DNA from: the human T2T-CHM13v2.0 reference genome, Homo sapiens
Strand: one strand, 5' to 3'
DNA: 64,000 nucleotides
Assembly (NCBI RefSeq): GCF_009914755.1
Contig: NC_060947.1
Within the stretch, counting starts at the first letter, position 1; every line of letters starts with the position of its first letter. This document shows positions 57,336 to 64,000 of this stretch, piece by piece. Under the pieces are notes generated by a model. The model was not told the DNA's origin. It made no database searches and saw only the letters and a program-made list of their open reading frames with translations. The position numbers and the translations under genes were made by a program.

Positions 57336-58836
57336 ATGACACTTTCTGCATTTCTGTGTCCCCTACAATTGGAAGATGACTTGCATCTATGTCCGCTGCT
57401 ACTGGGAGCACCTCAGATTATTTCTGAGTGTGCCTATTATGTGCCGCATCTTGTGCTTGGCTTCAGAGGTTCTGTCTGAGCTGCAGAGGCACAACAGTAC
57501 CAAGCCACAATACTCCCAAACGAGAATTGCTACGGTTCCAGGGGAGTGAGCTCAGGGTGCACGTGGGAGCCCAGGAGTAGGACCCTGAATTGCACTAAGT
57601 GAATTGAGCGGAATCGGTTTTCTCATCTCATGGTGACCCTGAGTTCAAAGTTGCCACGAGACTAGGGGTCGCCAGCAGGAGGCGCTGCAAAGAGAGGGGA
57701 TGGCGCGGGGCTCCCTGTGTTCAGTTTCTCCTGAGGGAGCCTGGGAAGGCAGCCATCGCCGGCTGCGGGTGAAAACCAAGTAACAACACCCTTTCACAGG
57801 CGATCGGGACGCCGAGTGCCAGGGCCCAATAGGTGCCCCAGGATTCAGGTTCGGGGCACAGGTGCAGGGGTGCAGGGCAGGTCTGGCACCTGCTCCCCAG
57901 GACTTCTGGACGCTGCCCGTTGACCTGGCTGCCGCCGGTTCCTGTCCCAACTGCCGCTCTTCCTGATAGAATATCTCGGAGCAAGGCACTGGACAGAACG
58001 AGGAAACACCTGTTTCCAACAAGAAACGAGGTAGGGGGGAAGCCCCCACCAGGCTTCCAATGGCCTCTCATTGAGCTTGCTCTCGAGAGCCTCTTAAAAG
58101 CGCGCCCAGAAAGCCAGCGGAGATCATTTTTCAAAAAGATCGCTTTCTATTTCTTACTCCCCCTCTCCTTTTCCTAAGCCTAAGCTGTAACGTCTCTTTC
58201 TTTAAAAAAATAAAAATTCATCTTTCCTCTGAGGGGTTTCCCGCTCCTCTCAGACCCCGTAAGGCCCTCCCCTTGGAATCTGCAAGGACCACCACCCCCA
58301 ACCCCAAATTTTGCAACTGCATTGGCTTCCAGGTTTTTCACTTCCTCGGTACCCCGCCAACCTATACAGGTAGGAATTAGGACTTGGGGGCCGTGGAACA
58401 AAGAAACCAGGGAGTCCCTGTCCCGGGTCAGATGCCCTTTCCGCAGCCTCCGACCAACTGGGGAACAAGAGGAGATCAGGAGCATGTGAACCCCCCAACT
58501 CCCGTCTCATGGCACTTTCCAAAGGCTAGCACAGCAGCCCGAGGACGCGTGGGAGGTGGGGACAGCCCCCGGGCAGCAGACAGACAGACCCCCACGGAAC
58601 AGGCCTTGAGTGGCCGTGCGCGCCAGCGGCCTCCACGCACTGGGCTCTGTTATTTCATCAGCAGTTTCAGAAGAACCTGCCAAAAGCAGTTATGCCTCAC
58701 TGCAATGTGTAGCTTTTTCCTGCCATTTTTTCATAATAAAAGAGGGAGTGAAGCTCGCTCGCTCTCTCCCTCCACCCCCCTCTCCCAAAAAGAGCCAAAT
58801 GGATGCAAGAAAAAAAAAAAAAAAAGAACCCACACA

Positions 58837-58923
58837 CCAATCTCCGAGGGGATGCCAATGAGGTGTGGCTTGTATTTAAATATCCAATATGTCAATGTAA
58901 GGGGAGTGGGTATGTATATAAAG
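58837..58923 (+). promoter_or_regulatory. FGF16: Putative proximal core promoter: three CCAAT boxes and a TATA box
   Basis: CCAAT at 58837, 58855 and 58884; palindromic TATTTAAATA at 58873-58882; TATATAAAG at 58915-58923, ~310 bp upstream of the ATG. Confidence 0.65.
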
Positions 58924-59230
58924 TGCCGTTTGCATCTGATAGCTGGACGAAGCCAGCTATGAGAGGCCGGGGGAGATGGATGCGGAGGGGAAGAGGCACT
59001 TTGACTGAGAGCAAGGTCAGGAGCACGCTGCCCCGCGCTCCCCGCCACTGAGAAGTTCCTTGGACGCGAACAGACGTCGACTGCAGCTCGGCAGAGCGCG
59101 GAGCAAGCGAGCTAGCGAGGGAGCGCCGCCGAACCGCCCGCGCCCGCTGCGGGGAGAGGCAGTTCGCGCCCCGTGGCCCCGGCTCGGCCCGCGCGCGCCC
59201 AGCACAACCAGCGCCGCAATCGGCCCAGCC

Positions 59231-59504
59231 ATGGCAGAGGTGGGGGGCGTCTTCGCCTCCTTGGACTGGGATCTACACGGCTTCTCCTCGTCTCTGGGGA
59301 ACGTGCCCTTAGCTGACTCCCCAGGTTTCCTGAACGAGCGCCTGGGCCAAATCGAGGGGAAGCTGCAGCGTGGCTCACCCACAGACTTCGCCCACCTGAA
59401 GGGGATCCTGCGGCGCCGCCAGCTCTACTGCCGCACCGGCTTCCACCTGGAGATCTTCCCCAACGGCACGGTGCACGGGACCCGCCACGACCACAGCCGC
59501 TTCG
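59231..59504 (+). CDS. FGF16: Fibroblast growth factor 16, coding exon 1 (91 codons + 1 nt; later exons are outside the window)
   Basis: Kozak gccATGg at 59231. Translates [91 protein letters not shown](G). [19 protein letters not shown] is the FGF9/16/20 signature and the N-terminus is that of FGF16. Phase-1 splice donor ttcg|gtgagg at 59504/59505. Confidence 0.98.
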
Positions 59505-62500
59505 GTGAGGACGCGGTCGGGGGAACGGGAGGCGGGCGGACGGCGCACTGGGGAGCCCACAGCTCCGGGCTCAGGCGTAGGGCCCGCAGACCGCCCCCGG
59601 GCTTGGTGTCGTCCGGGCCAGTCGAGGCGAGACACGACGGCGCGGTCGTGGGCCTCTCGACATCAGGGGGCCCTGCACCCTCGGACACTTTCAGGTGGGG
59701 GCGGGGGCGCCTTGCGGTGGGGCCTCTCCTTTCGCCGCTCCACAGTATCTCCCCAGGGAGCAAGGGGGTAGTTCTGGGAGCTGGACTCTAAGCCTTGAAT
59801 GAAAGCAGGTGGAGCTGAGACAGGGGTGGGAGCTCTCGCCTAGGAGGCCGGGACCGTGGCTGCAGCGCGGGCCGAGCCTCGAAGGCAGCAGGGCTGTGGC
59901 AGCTGATTTCCTGGAACAGGATCCTGCATGGGCCGTGGGCATGTGAGGCGGTCGGCCGGCACACAAATCGCTTTTGGCCCGTGGGTACCAGGCAGCTGTG
60001 GCCTCCGCCTGCCTTGGGGTCGCTCTGTCCAGGGTAGGAGACAATCCAGGCAGCCTGGCACGAATTGGGAATCTAGGAAAACCTCGCGGTGTCCACCGTG
60101 TAAGGGCACAAGTCCTGGGGCAGCTTTTGCCGGAAACTACCTCTGGACTCCTTGCCTCAGTGAGGAAACCGTCCTGGGCCCACTCCCAGTCCCAGAAACA
60201 GTTGTCTCTTGGGCCCAAAGCAGGAAACGTTCAACCTCCATCCAGGATTGTCTGTTTGCCTGCCACTATACAAACTGTTCAACACAGCTGCCTGTCTCAC
60301 ATATAGAACTAATTACACAATTAATATAAGCCTTGATCTGAGACAAAGATCATTAGGTTTCTAAGCAAATGTGTTCGCTCCTCGGTAATTTGCCATTTTT
60401 ATTTTCAATTTCCAATTCTATACTAAGACATCATGGGGGGTTCTGTGACAGCTACCTTTGCCCCTCCGCATCCTCCAATGTCCTCTGCTTCCTCCCAAGG
60501 ACCCTATAATCCAAGAAAGACACCTTTTCCCCAAGCCAGTAAGATGTTCTGCCTACACTCAGACATGACACCCTTCCCTTCTTTTTCCCACCCTCCTTCT
60601 TGCCAACATCTGCCCCAAACCCCCCAAACCTCTCCATCCTCCTATTCTCCATGCCTTGCTAGAGCTGCATCTGGAGTGCACAGCAAAAAGGGGAACATAG
60701 GGGCCAGTGCGGGGTAAGGCCAAGCCTAGCAAACAACTTAGGGGCAGGGTTGGTCTTCCTTGCTGGGAACAGGCAGAAACCCTAATGAGGTCTATGGTAT
60801 CTTGGAAAAATGCACTCAAACATAGCTAGAGTACAGTAGGTTGGGAGGGGTAATGGAGGGGTGCAGGTGTCTGTATAAACTTGCAGCAGGTCCTCAAAAG
60901 GGTGATAAGGTGGAGTGGGAGGAGAGGGAGTGTTAACTTGGCTCCTTTCCCTTTCATTGCTTGTGATTTTGCAGTCCCCTTTTGTTCCTCTTCTTAAGGA
61001 ATAGGACTCCCACACTGGCCTCAGAGGCTTCCTGAAATGGCATAAAGATACCAGAGTAACTCATTGCCGATATGTAACCAAAAAAAAAGATCATGAAATG
61101 ATGGAGAGATGTGGGGTGGGGGTAGCGAAAGTGGAAAAATTATGAGCACACCTCCCAGCAGCTCCAAATATTTTTCTGATTTTGTGCCTAAGCTGAGCCC
61201 AGTAACCTACAAGGTCAACATAAATCAGTAATAGGCTCTTGGGATAAGTGGTCTTTAATTACCTCCCTAAAGACACATCTTGATTTCTTTTCATTTCCCA
61301 GGTCTGCTAAGGGTGTTAAGTTTAAGGAGAAACCAAAGGAAATAAGATTGGCAGGAGGAAGGGACATTTTCACTGCTGCTTAACTGACTGCTTCATTTTT
61401 GGTTTTGCCTTTGAAAAAGAAAACAACACTGGCTAAGAGCACCTCTGCATCACCTTTTCCTTTTCCTCCTTCCCTGACTTCCTGTCACTTTCCTGCACTT
61501 CCTGTAAAGAAAATGATAACTGGCCAAAGCTGTCTCTTTGTAACCTTCCCTGCCAACTTTAAAACACATACTCTTTCTCAGTTTAGCTTTTGGCACAGAA
61601 AGAGGTGGCGTTCAAGTTTGCTAACTCTTTCCTCCCTCCACATTTGAGTTAATCAGCCAGGGTATTCAATAAATTGAAACTTTAACATTCCATAAGTGCT
61701 TTAGCAGTCAACATTCCAGCAGGGTAAAGTAGGCCAGACTTAAGATATAAAATATTATAGATTTCTGCTAGGGGGGAAGAGGTAGTCTCCAAAAGCCATG
61801 TGAAGTAAATAGCTATTTGTTGTAATTGGAGAGCAGGGCCCCCAAGGATTACCCTGGAATCCATGTGTTCAGAACAAGTCAGGCTAAGCCCAAGAGCAGT
61901 CCCGACTCCAAATAATAACCTGTTGGCACAGCATATGCTCTCCGCTCTCCATCTGCAATCAGTAGCCAGGAGTATTTCAATCACCGCCTGGCTGGTAGCA
62001 TTTATATGAAGTTCACAAGGATACTGACATTCCGAGGGGCACCTGTGGACTGGCAGAGCAGAGCTTGGGAGCCAAACTGAAGGAGAGTCCTCCCACCAGG
62101 TGGGATGGAGTGGGCTCATGCAGCTGCCTTGGTTCTTGAGTGATCTGGTTCTCATTTGGCAAGATGCCAAAGCAGCACTGTCTCGGCCCCAAAGGTCTGA
62201 CAGGATGGCTGAAGGATTCAGGCAAGTTATGGAACTAGATTAAATGACACATTAGACAGTCATCTAGCTAGGTTCTGAAGCAGTGGGGCCCAGAACAGAT
62301 CAGTTTTGACTGAGGGCCTGGGGAGAGAGGTATAAGAAGTGTCTGGAAATTGTCAAGAAAAGGGCAGAGCCTGATGTGGGCAGGTCAAGATGAGGCAGAG
62401 TAGAGAGAGGTCCTGGGCCTTGAAGGGGTAAGAGTACTGAGGACAAACTTTGTCTACTTAATACTTCACCTCAACACTTTGCTGTTAACACCCCTGTCCA

Positions 62501-64000
62501 GCTGTAGCTGGGAAAATATGAAAATGGCTTATTTTCTCTCCCCCTTCATGCTGGCTGGGATTCAGGAGAAGGTTTAGGAATATCTCTTCCATCATCATGT
62601 GCCACTGGGTTCCCACAGTTTGAAACCAGCTAATAGGAAAGTTGGCGAGGGAAAATGATGCCCAAAGACAGCTGGGCAGGGATAATTCCAGCTGTTGGAG
62701 ACCCCTGTTACTGGACACAACCCAAGTGACTTCCTGTATGATCTGTCCTTTGGCATCAGGGTTAACAGAGAGTTGGAGAAAAACTGTGGTGACTCAAATG
62801 GCCACACCTCTTGGGTTTCATGATTTGTTCTCACACTATGTCTTGGGCAGTGAGATCACAAGCTGTGCTCTGCTACTTAATGAGCTCAGGGTTGTCAGAG
62901 ACATGAGATACTTACAGAATGAGGGAACTCAGACTTGAAGCTCAGGAGTAACCTGCCTGAGCAAAGCAAAGAACTAAAGGCTCCCACGTTAGTGTCCCTC
63001 AGAGTTTAGGACCCAGAACTGAATCATGACCTGGTTTCTAGTTTCCTTTCCATACTGGGCACTCTCCTTTGAACATGCTCTGTTTTTCCATTTTCTTCTC
63101 TAAGCACAGTAGAACTAAACACACCATTCTCAGTGTGGTCTAACCATGGCAGAGCAGAGTGGGACAATCCTCCCTCCCTTTTGTTAGTTACCAGACCTGT
63201 ATCAGTGAGGCCTTAGATCACACTAGCTTTTTTTCTATTTTTTCCACTAGCTTTCTAATTTTTAATTTTACATGACCAATTGTACATTAGCTTTTTAATA
63301 ATCCTGCTAATCACCCATCATACTGAGTTTGCCTTGTTCAATTAAGTCTCTTAGCCATTGTTGTGTTTTACTAAGCCACATTTCCCCATTGCAGAGATGG
63401 GTAGACTTGCGTGTAATTAAAATGCACAAGAACACAAAATAACAATACACATTTTCAAGAAAATATACATGGTTGCCTGAAGTGGAGGGGCAGATGGGAG
63501 CAGGGTATGAAGAGAAAAAGAAAGAAATAAATAGATAATTATAAAGCCCTTGCACAGACCAACTATGTTAATAGGACATGATCTAAGCAGTACAGCTAAC
63601 TCAACTGTCTGCACTTGAGGCTCACCCTCCCCCAACCAAACCCCAAACACAAAACACTTTGGTAAATTTGGGAGACCAAAGTGCAGGACTTCACATTGAT
63701 TCTAATTAAGCATAGTTTGCTGGAGCCACTCCATTTTTCCATCCTCTTGAAATCTCTTTGGATATTGATTGTGTCATCCCTCTCAGCTGTACGTCTTCTA
63801 GAACTAGGATAAGCGGTCCTCATATGTTCTCTTACAAGTCATTTATTGAAATATCAAATGGAGCAGAACCAAATGCAAAACGTTGTGCAGTGCAGCTGAA
63901 GATTTGGTTGCATTAAATCAGTGTCTGATTAACCCTTACTTGGCACTGGGTATTTTCTCTTCCCCTCCTACCGTCTTGTCTCAATCTCATTTCCCGAGAC
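59505..64000 (+). other. FGF16: FGF16 intron 1 (partial)
   Basis: Starts GTGAGG; no exon-2 peptide (expected to begin ILEFIS-like) is recognisable before the window ends. Confidence 0.9.
63020..63900 (-). mobile_element. Ancient CR1/L3 LINE fragments (~63020-63235 and ~63590-63900)
   Basis: Minus-strand ORF 63596-63823 (DTINIQRDFKRMEKWS...CLIRINVKSC) resembles the CR1 RT C-terminal IQxDLxRLExW region; agaactaaacacaccattctcagtgtggtctaacc resembles L3. Confidence 0.65.

Larger units (their letters stand above)
57640..60100. promoter_or_regulatory. FGF16: CpG-rich promoter region / CpG island of FGF16 (densest at ~58980-59960)
   Basis: Abrupt rise in GC and CpG content relative to the rest of the window, spanning exon 1. 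Confidence 0.85.

Noticed and set aside
59060-59791. 243-aa ORF as a single-exon protein
   Set aside because: FGF homology ends exactly at the GT donor (59505); the remainder is GC-rich intron read-through.
57645-60329. Many overlapping 70-190 aa ORFs on both strands around the promoter
   Set aside because: Expected from stop-codon scarcity in a CpG island; no recognisable domains.

Overview
Primate, very likely human, genomic DNA. About 57 kb of repeat-dense intergenic sequence lies upstream of FGF16. The FGF16 CpG-island promoter, coding exon 1 (59231-59504, + strand) and the first ~4.5 kb of intron 1 lie at the right end (human FGF16 is on Xq21). The upstream region holds two decayed near-full-length L1PA7-like LINE-1s in inverted, tail-to-tail orientation (1470-7902 +, 17360-24068 -). 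It also has many Alus, MaLR/ERV1 LTRs, hAT and Tigger DNA transposons, and L2/MIR/CR1 relics, often nested. FGF16 exon 1 is the only supportable host protein-coding sequence. The main signals the annotation does not explain are: (1) a cluster of identical non-consensus substitutions shared by the two inverted L1s, including loss of the endonuclease catalytic His in both, suggesting arm-to-arm gene conversion; (2) a ~95% identical 75-bp inverted repeat in ancient MIR-like sequence 2.5-3.3 kb upstream of FGF16, with a competing local stem; (3) a putative FGF16 5' leader with two uORFs, one in frame with the CDS and separated from it by a single TGA, plus an open Arg-rich near-cognate N-terminal extension; (4) several non-repetitive blocks dense in HOX/TCF/MEIS motifs that are candidate enhancers. 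Repeat subfamily names and consensus comparisons come from recalled consensus sequences, not a database search.
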